NCBI RefSeq assembly: GCF_009914755.1
Contig: NC_060939.1
Reading direction: 5' to 3' (one strand)
Length of the DNA stretch: 64,000 nt
From: the human T2T-CHM13v2.0 reference genome, Homo sapiens
The notes beneath the pieces are model-generated. The model was not told the DNA's origin. It did not search any database and saw only the letters and a program-made list of their open reading frames with translations. Below are positions 1 through 21,278 of this stretch, one piece after another. How positions within the stretch are numbered: the first letter of the stretch is position 1; the number at the start of each line of letters is the position of its first letter. Position numbers and translations under genes: made by a program.

Positions 1-217
1 TCACCCTGGATATGAAGGATGGGGTAGGCTCACCCTGGGTGTGAAGGCATGGGGTAGGCTCACCCTGGGTGTGAAGGATGGGGTAGGCTCACCCTGGATG
101 TGAAGGATGGGGTAGGCTCACCCTGGGTGTGAAGGATGGGGTAGGCTCACCCTGGGTGTGAAGGCGTGGGGTAGGCTCACCCTGGGTGTGAAGGATGGGG
201 TAGGCTCACCCTGGGTG
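1..217. repeat. Minisatellite, 29-30 bp unit TCACCCTGGGTGTGAAGG(C)ATGGGGTAGGC; runs off the left edge
   Basis: About 7 near-identical tandem copies read directly; variants GGAT/GGCAT/GGCGT. Confidence 0.95.
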
Positions 218-761
218 TTTGCACCTGCGTCCTTGCTGCTTCCAGGTCCCTGGGACACGGCCTGTGGTCTGCACTGCTTGGGTGGTCCGTGGAACGTTTT
301 GCTCACAATGTTCATAAGAAGTAATACAAAATAGTATCCTTCTCCCGCAAGGGTAGGGCCGGGAGAACTGGGAGAACAAGAGGCTATTGGCACCTGCCAG
401 GTGGAAAGCAGGTGGACAACTCAACAGAGGGTCTGTCTGTTGGCACCCAGCGGTGGCGAACTGGTTATGTAAAAGAGAAAGAAAAAGGATACTAAGTCTC
501 TTGAATGAAACTGGGCCCCATCACACGACTCTCTCATAAGCCCAGCACAGCTCACCAGGGCCTCTCTTGACCAGAGGCTTCTGCAGAATTCCATCAGAAT
601 GGAGGCTCACACCTGCCAGTTGGCTCTATGGCTAAAGGTCGTAATAATAGAACATCTCTCATACCTGATATTTTTTAGATCTTCTGAATCACATTTTACA
701 AAAACAACTTAGCAATTTTGATTCAAAATTCAGATGCTTTATTTTTCTTGTAATTTTCCTG

Positions 762-880
762 CACACACACACACATACACAGCCATCAAACTAATACTTC
801 ACACACACACACGCACACTGCCATCACACTAATACGACACACACACACACACGCACACTGCCATCAAACTAATACTTCAT
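762..880. repeat. Compound repeat: (CA)n plus GCCATCA(A/C)ACTAATAC, 3 copies
   Basis: The 16-bp motif recurs three times, separated by CA tracts. Confidence 0.85.
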
Positions 881-1099
881 ATCCACTGTAAGCTTATCTT
901 TAATTTTGGGGCTGAATTTTGGGGCTGGAAGTACTAATGAGGAAGGGACTGTTCCCACCCTCTGGCAAGGCCACCATTCTGGAACCTGATGACAAATGCA
1001 TGACAGATTTTGAATATCCTCCTGTCTTGATTGCCTAAAGACTTGCTTTTCACTATCAGCATGTTTTCATATCTGGTTTTCAGAACATAAATGTATTCA

Positions 1100-4000
1100 C
1101 AATTCAACATTTTAGTTTATTCATTTAAAGCATTAAAAATGTTTCTCAGAGTATGCATGGTCGAGAAGGGCATATTATTAAAGCAAAAATCATCCACTCC
1201 ATTCCCTTGTCCTACCCATAGTCCCAGAGACCACCACCTTTCAGCGTTTCTGCATTTTGTGTTCCTAGTGGCTAGCATCCTCAGCCTACATGGCATCCTG
1301 ACATCTCTATGTCTATATTCAACTCAGGCTCTGTTGACGCCTTGCCATGAAACACAAGGCTTTAGCTGACTTACACTACATCTTCCCCTAAATTTTCACA
1401 GTTACATTGTTATTTTTAGTTTTCTGTTGTTTGCCTTTCCAACTTGCAATCTCTTATCTATCACTTCTTGTTCTATTGTTTTCAGATAATAGATCAGTTT
1501 CTCTTAGCCATACCTTAACTTTTATACTGTCAGAGTTGATCATTTTATATACTGTCTTATAAACATAAGGTTTTCATGTTTTGTCCACCAGTTGATTCTA
1601 AAAATATATTAAAAAAATAAACACTGTGTACATAATTATGACTTTGTAAATATTGTTCCTTCAAAGTCAATCAGTATGTTAGGATTTTATTTATTTTTCT
1701 CTAGGTCCAGTATCATTAACCATAAGTGACATGAAAGGTTAATTATTAAATTCATGTCACATCTTTATTTCCTTTATATTTAGACACAGACATAAATCTC
1801 CTAAATAGCTTTTTGTTTTTCTTGGGATTTTAAGTTGCACTACTTGTGTTTTTGTCAGATCCTCAGAATTACCAAACCTCTTAATCATACTGTTTCTTGA
1901 AGCTTTTTGCTGGACTATATTTTGCAGTAATAGAAAGGAAAGGGTGCTTTGGAGGCAAATTCTCTGAGTACTTGTAAAACTAAAACTCCTGCTCACGTGC
2001 TTAACGATTTTCTACGTATGGAATTCTGGGTTTTAAATCATATTTCCCAGAATTTTTTTTCTTCTTAGTATTCAATGTTCCTGACAAGATGTCTGAGGTC
2101 AGTATTATTTTTGGTCTTTTGAGAATGACTTTTCTTGTTTCCTGGAAGCTTTTAGGAATTTCTCTTTATGTTCAACGTTCTAAAATATCTTGAGTCTGTG
2201 TCAGGGCATAAGTCTTTTGTTCTTTATTCTACTTGGAACTTGGAGCATCTTTTAGTCTAGAGATAATTATCTTTCTTCATTTCTGGAAAACTTTGTTCTA
2301 TCATGTCTCTATTCTTTTAATTTTAATAAAGTGTACATTTATATAATTTAAAATATTAAACAGTTCTATAAATCTGCAAGTGATATTAGCAGTTCTCCTC
2401 CCACTCTCTGGAAGCCATGACTTTCAATGCTTTTAGTTTTGTTGTATTTGCCTCCAAATTTCTAAATAGCAGGTTTAAATTCCTGTTTATTAATATTTTT
2501 AGTTTTAAATATAGTATGCTTACTTCAGGCAATGGACAATAAGGGTTTAGCTTTCTACTCTACTCCCACACCCTTAAATATATTTCTTTTCCATCCCATT
2601 CCTCTAATAGAGTGGCACAATTATAGGGCAAATCATATTTAGCATTTATTTTATTAGGCCCATGGAAATACGATTTGAGGCTGTAGCTATATGCATTCTA
2701 ATTTCCTTTATTTTCTGATATGGTTTTCGTTTTCACTGGAGTCAACCTTTATCCCATTTGTTTGGTTTCACTATGTACCTATCACAAATCCATCTCCAAA
2801 TTCCTCAACAGAAAAAAGTCTCCTTCCTGAGAAAAAAAAAAAAGCAGGAACAATTTTTAAAAGTTGAGACATTGCATTCTGAAAACGCCCAGTAGTCTTT
2901 ATTCTAGCCCAAGAGCACGTTACTACTTTGGCTGAGGATATAGAATTCTAATTTGGAAATCATTTTCAATAAGAATGTTGAAGGCCTTGCTCTATTATTT
3001 AGTGTTCACCATTGCCGTAGAGATGCCTAACGCAGAACTAATTCTAGACCTTTGTATGCGACTTGTTCTTTCTTTCAAAGAGCATTAGTACCTTCTCTTT
3101 GTTCCCAATGTTTCGAAACTTCGTGTGAATGTGCTTTGTGTGGCTTTGTTTTCATTCATTGTGCTGAGCACTTGGTGAACCTCTCAGCCTAGAAATTGAT
3201 GTCCTTGGGATCCAGGAACTTTTTCTTGAATTGTTTCTTTGGTGAATTGCTCCCTTCCATTTTTTTTCTCTGTGTTTGAAAGCCCTGTTATTTAAGATGT
3301 ATTTCCTGTTTAGTCTAATTTTCTTGCTTTTTAGCTTATATTTTCCATTTCTTTGTTGTAATCATTTTTATTACTTGGAAATTTCCTCAAGTTTCTATGT
3401 TTCTACTAAATTTTTCTTTTCTGCTTTTGGATTTTAAAATTCCAAAATCATTTTTGTTTTCTAAATGTCCCTTTCTACAACAATACTCCCCTTTTCAGCC
3501 TCACTGATGTATACTAATATGTTACTCTCCACATTTAACTCCCCACAAAACTTTGCTAAGTTTTGACATATTATATATATGTATATTTATATATTCCCAT
3601 AAAACCATCCCTATAATCAGTGTAAGCATATTCATCATCCCCCAAAGTTTTCTTATGTGTTTTCATAATCCCTCTCACATCTTCTTCCCCACCCCATCCC
3701 CCACCATCCTATCCTCAAATAACCACTGATTTGCTTTCTTTCATTGCAGATTAGTTTGCATTTTCTAGACTTTATATAAATGGAATCATATACTATGTAC
3801 TCTTTATTATTTGACTTCTTTCACTGTGCCTAATAAGTTTGAAATTATCCATGCTCTACATATCAACATTTCATTCCTTTTTATTCCTACATGATATTTC
3901 ACTGTATATTGTGTATACCACGATTTGTTTAATCCATTCACTTGTTGATTGGCATTTGAGTTGTTTCCAGTTTTAGACTATTACACATAAAGCTGCCATG

Positions 4001-4117
4001 AACATTTGTTCACAAGAGCTTGTGTGGACATATGTTTTCATTTCTCTTGGGTAAATACCAAGAGTACAACGGTTATAGCCTATGATAGGTGTGTGTTTGA
4101 CTTTTTAAGAAATTGCC
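1100..4117 (-). mobile_element. Old L1M fragments (degraded, several pieces)
   Basis: T-rich antisense L1 signatures, e.g. AACCACTGATTTGCTTTCT...AAATGGAATCATA and TTTCATTTCTCTTGGGTAAATACC. Confidence 0.7.
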
Positions 4118-4640
4118 TATGTTAATTATCTAATGCTACATAAGCAATTATCCCCAAAACTCCCCAGCTTAAAATAACACACATGCATTATCTCAGAATT
4201 TCTGTGGTTCAGGAATCCAGGCATAGTTTAGCTTAGTACCGTTAAGGCATTAGGCAGCCCTGAGGTTTGATCTGAAGACTCAACTGAGCAGAGATCTACT
4301 TTCAAAGTCACTCATGTGGTTGTTGGCAGGATTGAGTTCCTTGAGGGTTGCTGGGCTGAGAGCCCTAGTTCTTTCTGTCTGTTGGCTGGAGACATCCCTC
4401 AGTTCCTTTCCATGTAGGCCTCTCCAATACGGTGACTTGCTTCGTGAAAGCTAGGAGGAGAGAGTCTGTTAACAAGACAGAAGTCACAGTCTTTTGTAAC
4501 CTAGACATGGAAGTGCCATCCCTTCAATGTTGTTGTATTACATTGGTTAGGAGAAAGTTACTCACGGAGAGGGGTTACACAAAGCCATGAATACTAGGCA
4601 CTGGGGTCATTGGGAGTCAAGTCAGAAGACACCTCCCACA
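4118..4640 (-). mobile_element. MaLR solo LTR (MLT1F/G-like) inserted in L1
   Basis: MLT1 motifs (CCCCAAAAC..AGCTTAAAATAACA, TTCTGTGGTTCAGGAATCCAGG); 5-bp TSD TTGCC/CTGCC; the L1 resumes at 4641. Confidence 0.75.
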
Positions 4641-4847
4641 CTGCCAACAGTTCCCCAAAGTGGTTGCATCATTTACACTCCCGCCAGAAGCTTTTCAGAT
4701 TTCCAGTTGCTCTTATCCTCACTGACATTTTGAGTCATCAGACTATTTAATTTTAATCATTCTAAAAAGTGCATAGTGGTATCTAATAGGGATTTTAGCT
4801 TGCATTTCCCTAATGACGAATGATATTGAACATATTTTTATGTGCTT

Positions 4848-5087
4848 ATTTTTTTTTTCTGTAACCTCCGCCTCCTGGATTCAAGCAATTCTCATGCCTC
4901 AGTCCCCCTGAGTAGCTGAGACTACAGGCACGCACCACCACACCTGGCTAATTTTTATATTTTTAGTAGTAGAGATGGGGTTTTGCCATGTTGGCCAGGC
5001 TGGCTCAAACTCCTGGGCTCAAGTGATCTGCCCACCTCTGCTTCCCAAAGTGTTGGGATTACAGGCGTGAGCCATAGCGCCTGGCCT
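4848..5087 (-). mobile_element. Alu lacking the distal right arm
   Basis: Alu consensus from CTGTAACCTCCGCCTCC to GCGCCTGGCC. Confidence 0.92.
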
Positions 5088-5128
5088 GAATATTTTCTTT
5101 GGTGGTCTGTTTAAAGCCTTTGCCCATT

Positions 5129-5131
5129 AAA

Positions 5132-5170
<39 letters not shown>

Positions 5171-5291
5171 TATATATTTATATATATACACATATATATA
5201 TATTTATATATATACACATATATATATATATTTATATATATATACACATATATATGTGTGTGTGTATGTATGTATATATATATATATATAT
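5129..5291. repeat. A-tract followed by (TA)n microsatellite with CA/TG interruptions
   Basis: Read directly. Confidence 0.97.
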
Positions 5292-5296
5292 GGGTG

Positions 5297-5581
5297 GGCT
5301 GGGCACAGTGGCTCAGGCCTGTAATCCCAGCACTTTGGAAGGTCAAGATGGGAGGATCGTTTGGGCCCAGGAGTTGGAGACCCAGACTGAGCAACAGAGT
5401 GAGACCCCATCTCTACTAAAAATAAAAAATTAGCCAGGTGTCATGGTGCATGCCTGTGGTCCCAGCTACTCCAGGGGCTGAGGTGGGAGGATCCCTTGAG
5501 CCTGAGAGATTGAGGCTGCAATGAGCTGAGATTGCACTACTGCATCCCAGCCTGAGTGACAAAGCAAGACCCAGTCTCAAA

Positions 5582-5620
<39 letters not shown>

Positions 5621-5640
5621 AGTAAATAAATAAATAAAAT
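5297..5640 (+). mobile_element. AluJ-type with (TAAA)n tail
   Basis: GGGAGGATCG..., GAGGCTGCAATGAGC J-type diagnostics; TAAA tail. Confidence 0.93.
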
Positions 5641-6935
5641 GGGTGGGTTGATTATTATCACATTTTGAAACTGCTTTATATATTCTGGATCCAAGCCTTT
5701 ATCAGATATGAATTTGCAAATACTTTCTCCAAGTCTGTGCCTTGTATATTCTTTCAACAACATCTTTTGAAGAAAAGTTAAGAACTTTTCTTCAAAAAAA
5801 AAAAAAAACCAGAAAAGTTTAAAAGTTTAACATTAACGCAGTGCAAACTATCAGGTTTTTTCTTGTCTGAATTGTGCTTTCAATGCCACAGCTGAGAAAT
5901 CTTTGCCTGACTCAAGCTCACAAAAATTTTCTCTGTTTTCTTCATCTAGAAGATTTGCGGTTTTATATTTAGATCTATGATCCAATATGAACCAACAATC
6001 AAGGTTCATTATTTTTTCACGTGTGTGTATCCACTGTTTCTATGAAGTTTGTTGAATTTTTCCCTTTGAATAACCTTGGCACCTTTGTCAAAAATCAGTT
6101 GCCCTTATAGGCATGAATTTATATCTGGACTCTACTCTCTGCCATTAATCTGCTTGTTTGTCTTCACGCCAGGAACCAAATTGCTTAATTACTGGAGCTG
6201 TATAGTAAGTTTTAAAATTGGGTAGGGAAAGTCCTCACATTTGTTCTTTTCTTCCAAAATATGTTTGGCTATACTAGGTCCTTTGCACTTCCGTATAAAT
6301 TTCAGAAATAGCTTATCAATTTCTACAAAACACTCTGCTGGGATTTTGATTATTTTGATGCTAAATGTATACATCAGCTTGGGGAGAAGTATCATCGTAA
6401 TAATATTGAGTCTTCTGATTCATGAACATGGCATGTCTCTCCATTGATTTAGATCTTCTTTAATTTCTTTCTGCAATGTTTTGTTGTTTCTAGTGGAAAG
6501 GTCTTATGCACCTTTGGTTAGATTTTCCCCTAAGTATTTTGTATTTTTCATGCTATTGTAAATGGTATTATTTTTAAAAATTTCAATTTTTAATTATTAA
6601 TTGCTAATGTATAGAAACGCATTTGAGTTTCTGCTGTGTGCTAATCTTATATCTTACAAACTTGTTGTACTTACTTCTTAGTTCTAGTAGTTTATTTTGT
6701 AGGTTCTCTCAGGATTTTCTACATAGACGATCATGTCTGCAAATGAAGACAGTTTTTCTTCTTTATTTCCATTTGGATACAACTTTTCTTCCTTTTTCCC
6801 ATCTATCTTTTTCTTGCTTTATTTAATGGTCTAGAACTTTCAGGACAAGGCTGAATAAAAGAAGCACAGAAGCTTCTATTCACACAGAAGAAGACACCCT
6901 AGTGTGCTTCTAATCTTAGAAGAAAAGCATTCAAG
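5641..6935 (-). mobile_element. L1M ORF2 fragment
   Basis: ORF 6189..6395(-) LPKLMYTFS..IKIP..F.EIDKL.LKFI.K.KGP.IAK is L1 ORF2-like. Confidence 0.88.
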
Positions 6936-7062
6936 TTTTTTTTTCATTCAAAAGATCATTTTTATTAGAGGTACAAAGTCATAATCATAAAAGAAATCTT
7001 GTGAGGGAGTGGTGACTTTATTTGATACAACACAATGTACTGAAACATGGTTGCTGCTTTTC

Positions 7063-8268
7063 CTTTTTTAAAAAAATAGACTTATTTTTTAGGAAGTTTT
7101 TGGTTCACAGACAAAATTGAGCAGAAAATATAGAGACTACCCATATACCTGCCCCCACACCACACACAGTCTCCTCCATTATCAACAGCCCCCACCATGG
7201 TGGTACATTTGTCACAATCCATGAACCTGCATTGACACATCATTATCACCGAAAGTCCATAGTTTACATTAGGATTCACCCCTGTACATTCTGTGGGCTT
7301 AGACATGTGTATGATGACGTGTATCTATCATTATAAAATCATACAGAGTAGCTTCACCATCCTAAAAATCCTCTTTTCTCATATTCGTCCCTCTCTCCCC
7401 GAACTGCTGGCAACCACTGATCTTTTTGACGGTCTCCATAGTTTTGCTTTTTCCAGAATGTCATATATTTAGAATCATACAGTATGCAGCTTTTCCAGAT
7501 CGTCTTCTTTCACTTGGTAACATGCATCCAAGTTTCCTTCGGTCAGGTGTGGTGGCTTGCATCTGTCATCCCAGCTACTCAGGAGGTTGAGGCAGGAGAG
7601 TCACATGAGACCAGGAGTTTGAGACCAGGCCAGGCAACATAGCAAGACCCCATTTCTAAATAAATAAATAAATAAATAAATAAGATTAGCTGGGCATGGC
7701 GGCCCGTGTCTGTAGTTGCAACTACTCAGGAGGCCGAGGTGGGAGGACTGCTTGAGCTTAGGAATTCAAGGCTGCAAAAAGCCATGATTGCACCACTGCA
7801 CTCCAGTGGGGTGACAGAGTGAGACGCTGTCAAAAAAAAAAAAAAAAAAAAAAGAGGTTCTGATAGCTTGGTAACTCATTTCTTTTTAGTGCTGAATAAT
7901 ATTCCATTGTATAATGTACCACAGTTTATTTGTCCATTCACCTACCGAGGGACGTCTTGGTTGCTTCTAACTTGGGAATTATGAATAAAGCCGCTATGAA
8001 CGTGTGCACAGGTTTTTATATCAGCATAAGTATTTTCAGCTCATTTGAGTACCTGCCCAGAAGTGAAATTGCTGAATTATGTGGTAAGAATGTGGTTAGT
8101 TTGTAAGAAACTGCCAAATTACCTTCCAAAATGGCTGTACCGTTTTGCATTTCCACCAGCAGTGAGCGAGGTCCTCTTGCTCTGCATCCTCGGCAGTGTT
8201 TGGTGGCGTCAGTGCCCTGGATCTGCGCCACTCTTCTAGGTGTGCAGTGCTATCTTCTTGTGGTTTCG
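7063..8268 (-). mobile_element. L1MC1/2-like 3' end, interrupted by an Alu
   Basis: TTCACAGACAAAATTGAGCAGAAA...CATTGACACATCATTATCACC..AAAGTCCATAGTTTACATTAGG is typical of L1MC 3' ends. Confidence 0.8.
7541..7853 (+). mobile_element. AluJ-type with (TAAA)n in the middle linker
   Basis: Dimeric Alu with poly-A tail. Confidence 0.93.
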
Positions 8269-14560
<6,292 letters not shown>

Positions 14561-17500
14561 CCATCTTAAACCAGAACTCTTTTTACCCCTAGTTTTACAA
14601 GCCCTTAAGCTCCTGCAGAATCAACCCGTAGTTGTTTTTTTCTTAACCTAGAGAGACATCTAAGTAGGAGTCAACAGGCTTTCCAAGTTCTTGAGTCAGC
14701 CAGTGCCATGGGTCTGTGATGCACAGACTCTATGTCCACTAGTTTATGGCAGTAATATAGTCACCTGGGATGGATCTAAGGCCAAATTTGCTGTAGCGAG
14801 ATCTGTGACTCCAAAGGATTACAAATGCTGAATTATTGCAGTGTGGACCCAATAAGCAACCTGAAGCTGCATCATGGAATTAAACTGAGTTAGAGCCTGA
14901 GTATATTGCTCCTTGGGTGATTCTATCCTGCAAATAATACATTATCCAAGGTCTGGTGCTGGAGACAGATTGCTGCAATACGCATCCAAGGGACCTGTTG
15001 CTGCCTGAGAGCAGCTCCATCCCATCATCCCAGTGCTGCTGTTTTATTGATGCCAGAGAGTCCCCACAGGTGATGCATTACACACCGAGGAGGTGGCCCC
15101 CAGAGGAAATGAGGGATCTGCAAGAGAACTCTGTAATAATTATTGCAGAGAAGACAGATACCATGCTACATAGAAAAGGTCTTTTTTTTTCCCCATGTCA
15201 ACTAGGAGAGAATATAGATACTGACTTTTCTTCTCCCAAGTTATTTCTTCTGCTTTCGTAAAATAAGTTCAGATATAACCAAAGTAATTCTTCAGATCCA
15301 CCCTGCAATTAAACAAAACAACTTCCTTATTTTCTGAGTATCTCTAAACCTCCACAGATTCAAGGACAGATAAGCATTAAAGTGTCACAACCTCCTGAAC
15401 ATGGTGCTTTCAAATTTCCTGTTTCACAACGACTGAGAGGTAATTTGAAGTGCAAAAATGTGAGTGAGAATATCAACTCCACACCTTCAGCCATTCCGTC
15501 TTCAGCTATTTACAGATACGTTTTAAAAGCATACCATTTAAATATGACCAGCAACTTCCTGTTAAACTTTGGATGTAGCAACCAACGAGAAATATGGCCC
15601 TCGGTGGTAAGAGAGGAAAAAATAGTTTCTGTATACAAAGCCCTAACATAATAAACAAGCAGAAGCACTTCCTGATAAATAGCGCCAAGCAAACATTCAC
15701 ATCCTTGCCTCTGCTATATTCAAAATGTTTTTACTAGACCAAGTGCAAAGTATTATTATCATTAATATTAAGTTTATCCTTCTTGCAACTGAGCCAGGCT
15801 CCAGTTCTACAGGAAGGTCTGGTAGGAACCAAGGGTATGGCCGTTTATCGTGGCAGATACTTTGGTTTTAATTCCCTTCATATAAATGTTGTAAAGGCAT
15901 GGATGGATAGAAACATTACTGCATTTGGTGAAACCCACGCCCAACGGCCCCAGGCCTGCAGCAACCACCCCACAGAATGATCAACACGGAAACTCCAGAG
16001 CAGTAAACAGGCCAATTTCAGATCCAGCGACAATCCCAGCAGGCGGCCAGGGGAAGAAAAGCAAGGACGACAGCAAAGACAGACGGGTGCCCACAGGTTC
16101 CCTGTAGCTACCGCCACGGAGTGGGAACCCCAGCCAGGGCACAGACAGAGGCAGGGCCCCTGTGAAAAGGGGCAAGGACTCAACTTGCAGGGAAGCACTG
16201 CCTTGTGCTACCTTTGTTCACTAACGTGAAATGCTACTCTGAGTGTTCCTTATTTTTAAATCAAAAATTTAAAAACCACACACACACACAGAAACCTTTC
16301 CATCTATTGACATATTACATACAGCATCATATGAGTACAGTTCGACGAATTTTGACAAACCGAGCCCACCCCTGTAAATCGCACCCAGACCAAGACAGAA
16401 GACATCAGCAGCTCCCAGGAGGCGTCCCTGTGCCCCACTGCCATCAACACCTGCCCCCACGCCCACCCTCCAGGGCAACCACCATCTGAACATCCTTGTT
16501 TACACGTCTTCCCGGACTGGAATTGGAATCCCAGAAATCAAGTGGAGTAAATGAAGTGCAACTTTGTGCCAGTGTGTTTGAGTTGCGGCTGCTGGGCCTG
16601 CAGGTGACAAGGCGCTGCTTCCCCAGAGACCTCTTTCAGCATTCCCGTGGTATTAGGAGAAGGCACTGCAGCAGAGCAGAGAGAGGAGCAAGGCAGGGCT
16701 GGGGAAACTGCTCACATGGAGAGATGTGGGAGGCAGTGTCTCCACGAGATGTCAGGGCCCTGGAAGAAAGGAGACCCTGTTGGAGGGGCCAGGCAGGACG
16801 AGGGGACACTAAATACCAGTGGCAGCCATAGAATGATGTGTGTGAAGTGCCACCAGCCACAGGGCTCAGCCATGCAGCTGGGTGGGGTGGGGGTGTGTGA
16901 GAGGGTCCTGCTTAGATAGCAGCATCACCACCCCTAGGAGCTGGGCTTGGATCTGATGAGAGTCTGTTTCCTCCCCTAGATGATGAGCCGTTCCCAGGGC
17001 TGGCCACTGAGGATCTGGGTCACACAGGCCACTGTCCTCCCCACATGAAGTTTGCAGTCAAGTTAGAAAGATGACAGGTAATGAGGTCCACACCACACAG
17101 CTTTGGTGTGGCACGTGTCAACACATTCGCCGACAGAACCAGTGCATGAATGAAAGCTTGAGGGCACAGAGCACCTCTCCTGTCTTGCCTGAGGTGTCCC
17201 CAGGAGCAAGCCTGACAGCCAGCTGGGCCACCCTGTGAGACCGGGGCCCGCTGGAGCCTTTCCATGAGGAAGACTGAGCCGAGCGCCTGCACTAGGAGGA
17301 GCCACGGTACCGCCAGGCTCCTGGGCCCGCTGGGGGAGTGGGCTGCCAAGCACCCAGTGAGCTGCGGCTGAAACAATGATGACATTTTGTCATCTCTGTC
17401 AACACAACAAGAACTTGGGAGGCAGGCAGTCCCCCGCCATGCACAGTGCCCAGTACTGTCACCAGAGCCTCTCCTTTATCCTTCTCCTCTGTCCCATCAG

Positions 17501-17764
17501 CTGCTGGTGGCTCCTCCCTCCCTGGCAGTCACAACACAGCCACCTCGTTCTGTGCATCATGGCCTCAAACTGCTCCTCCCTGCTCATCAGGGAGGGAACA
17601 GCCAATGTTCCCTGTGTCTCATTGGCCATAAGGTCACCTGCCCTGCAGGGTGCTGAGACAGGAACTCTGGTCACAGGTGGCTGTTGGAACCCTCCCTCCT
17701 CAGAGCTTCGCAGGTCAAAGGGATGCGATTAGACTCTGTCAACACCTCTAAGAGCTCCACTGTG

Positions 17765-17803
17765 CGCAACAGAGAACGAGATTCCGTCTCAAAAGAAAAA
17801 AAA
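17765..17803 (+). mobile_element. Alu 3'-tip fragment
   Basis: GCAACAGAGAACGAGATTCCGTCTC followed by an A-tail. Confidence 0.6.
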
Positions 17804-18393
17804 ATCAATCTATCCACCATCATAACTTTAGTCAATATGCTTATTCCGTCACCTCTTCATTTGTCATCCTTCAACAGTATCTACTGATTCTGCACTATTA
17901 AAAAATGAGAATTTCCCTCATTTACCCTCCCCCACCTCCTCTCAGTCACGATTGTTAGTTTTCACATTCGTTAGATTCGCACCTGTCAATATAGACTTGG
18001 GCATTTACTGCTTTTCCATCCAGCTGAGACTGCTGAATCTTCAGCACACCGTGGAGGCCTCTGAAGCCCTGTCCTGTCCTCCGTCTCCCCTCCCCTCTTC
18101 CCCTTCTCTTCCTCCATCCCATGGGTTTTTCTTTTGCAGCACCAAGGATGGCATCATATTCTGTTTGATGAGCATAATTAAGTTTTCTGTTCTTTGTTAA
18201 GTTTTATCTGTGTTGAAAACAAGTCAACGGCATTCGCGTTTTTACAACTTTGTAAGTACCATTCATAGCAGCCAAGTGGCTTCCTTCTCTGTGGTTGGTG
18301 GCTTTCCCGGGGCCACAGGAGAGAATGACTTCAGCGTCAAGGCTGAATGCATTCTGTCTCTCATAAACTTTCTTCTTGCTCAAAACCATAACG

Positions 18394-18728
<335 letters not shown>

Positions 18729-18859
18729 TCACAGACAACTTTTTGATATCCCCCCCATGTTTGATTTACCTTTCATTTTTCTCATGGACGAAGAATAACT
18801 GCCTCTTGATTGCGCTTCTCTTTCTTGCAATCTGTGCTGTTTATTTATCTGTGGACATA

Positions 18860-19240
18860 GCTTCTAACTTGTCACTCCATACTCCCATTTGTAACTGCCA
18901 GGGCTGGAAGCCTATGAACTATATTCCCAGCTTCTCCTGATGCAAGTTTCCGGCCAATGAGAGGCACTGGAGGCTGGAAGCCTGGATCATGGGAGAAAGC
19001 ATGTCCCCTTCTCCAGCTCCGGGAGCAGCTGGCAGCTGAGAGTGACTGCAATCTGCAGATTGGTGGTGGGTGTCACAATAGTGGTGGAGCTGTTGATGTT
19101 TAGGCTCCGTAGCAGCGGCCAGAGGGTAACTCCTGGTTTCTGGATGAGGGGCAATCGTGCTCATGAGCTCTCGTAGCTTCACTTTCCATTTCATTCTCCA
19201 GTTCTATAGGGGGTCAGTGACCTCCTGTAGCTGCTGCTCT
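18860..19240 (+). mobile_element. ERVL-type LTR fragment (LTR33-like)
   Basis: AACTATATTCCCAGCTTC...CCGGCCAATGAGAGGCACTGG resembles LTR33. Confidence 0.5.
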
Positions 19241-19245
19241 CTGAG

Positions 19246-19672
<427 letters not shown>

Positions 19673-20968
19673 CCAGTCTGGTAGTTTGTTCAATTTCTTT
19701 TCAAAAGAGCCTTGTTTTTGTTTTTGTTTTTGTTTTTTGGCATGAGGTTGTAATCGCTGTGTGCCTGGGGTGGGGAGGCTGACTGACAAGGCAGCTTCCT
19801 CCACAGACTTCCAGCAACAGTCCTGCCCTGGCTGCGCTCCTCTCCCCCAGGCCTCCAGGCCACCAGCTTGCAGCCTGTGCTCCTCTGGGGAGGGATCCCC
19901 CGCTCCCCCACTCCCAGCCTCGCCCTGACAGTGATCTGAGTTGCGGATTTTGGCTTTCTCCTCCATCCTCACCCGTCCAATTGCCCTCCAGCTCACAGAA
20001 TCATTTTCTCAAAATTTTCAACTGCTAATGACCCTGTCACCAGGCCACCTGGCAGGGAAGCCCACTTGTCCCCTACCAATAGGCCCATGGTGTCTTGGAG
20101 GCTTTCCTGGTCTCCTGGGACAAGACAGCTGCCCGGCTTGTAGCCAGGACTGTGCCTGTAGCCCACCTGCTGTAAGGTCACGCCTGCAGGCCCTGAGTTT
20201 TACCGGCAAGATCTAAGTCAGTTCTCTACCAACACCCTAAGGCAGGTACTACTACTTTCTCCGTTTAGAACTGGGGAGAGTGAGATGCAGAGAGCCCCTC
20301 CCCCGACCCTAGGCAGAGCCCGAGACTCGCCGCAGGCTCATGCACTGTGCCACCTGCCCTCCTGAGGCCACGCTCTTCTCACGGGAGGTGGCCCTGTGGC
20401 CTCACCTGGGCCGGATGGGAATTGCAAACTTGAAACCACTACGTCTTTTTCCCTGTTTTTATTTTAAAAAGGATATTAAAAGAACATATCTTTTAAAAAT
20501 TAAAGTGAATTGAAGTTCATTTTCATTTTATCCTGAGAGGTTCACAGTAGCTCTTGAAATAAATGAAAGTGACTTTAAACGGGCTTTGTTTTGAGGTGAT
20601 CTCAGCAGCTCTGAGGATACGCACAGCAGTCTTGGAGTCTCACAAAACTCGGCTGGAAATCTCTGGCCCCAGAGGGAGGAAGATGCTTCTCTATTTCTAC
20701 CTGAGGCCTTCCTTAGGCTCCTGGTCAGGAAGGGAGAAGAGACCCCGGGCAAGGGGTGAGAAGTGGGGGTGGGGGAGTCTTGCCCCTTCCTCTGGACGAC
20801 AGAGCCCATTACTAGAGGGAATTTCAATGGTGTTTCCAACCCCAGGTCTCACCCAGGAAGGAGGAATCTAAACAAACTCAGCTGCCAGTGGCTCCCCCAT
20901 AGCGACAGTTTGAGGCCGGATTCACTGAAGTTTTCACAGATGAGTCTAGGTAAAGTTGTGGGGGTTTT

Positions 20969-21278
<310 letters not shown>

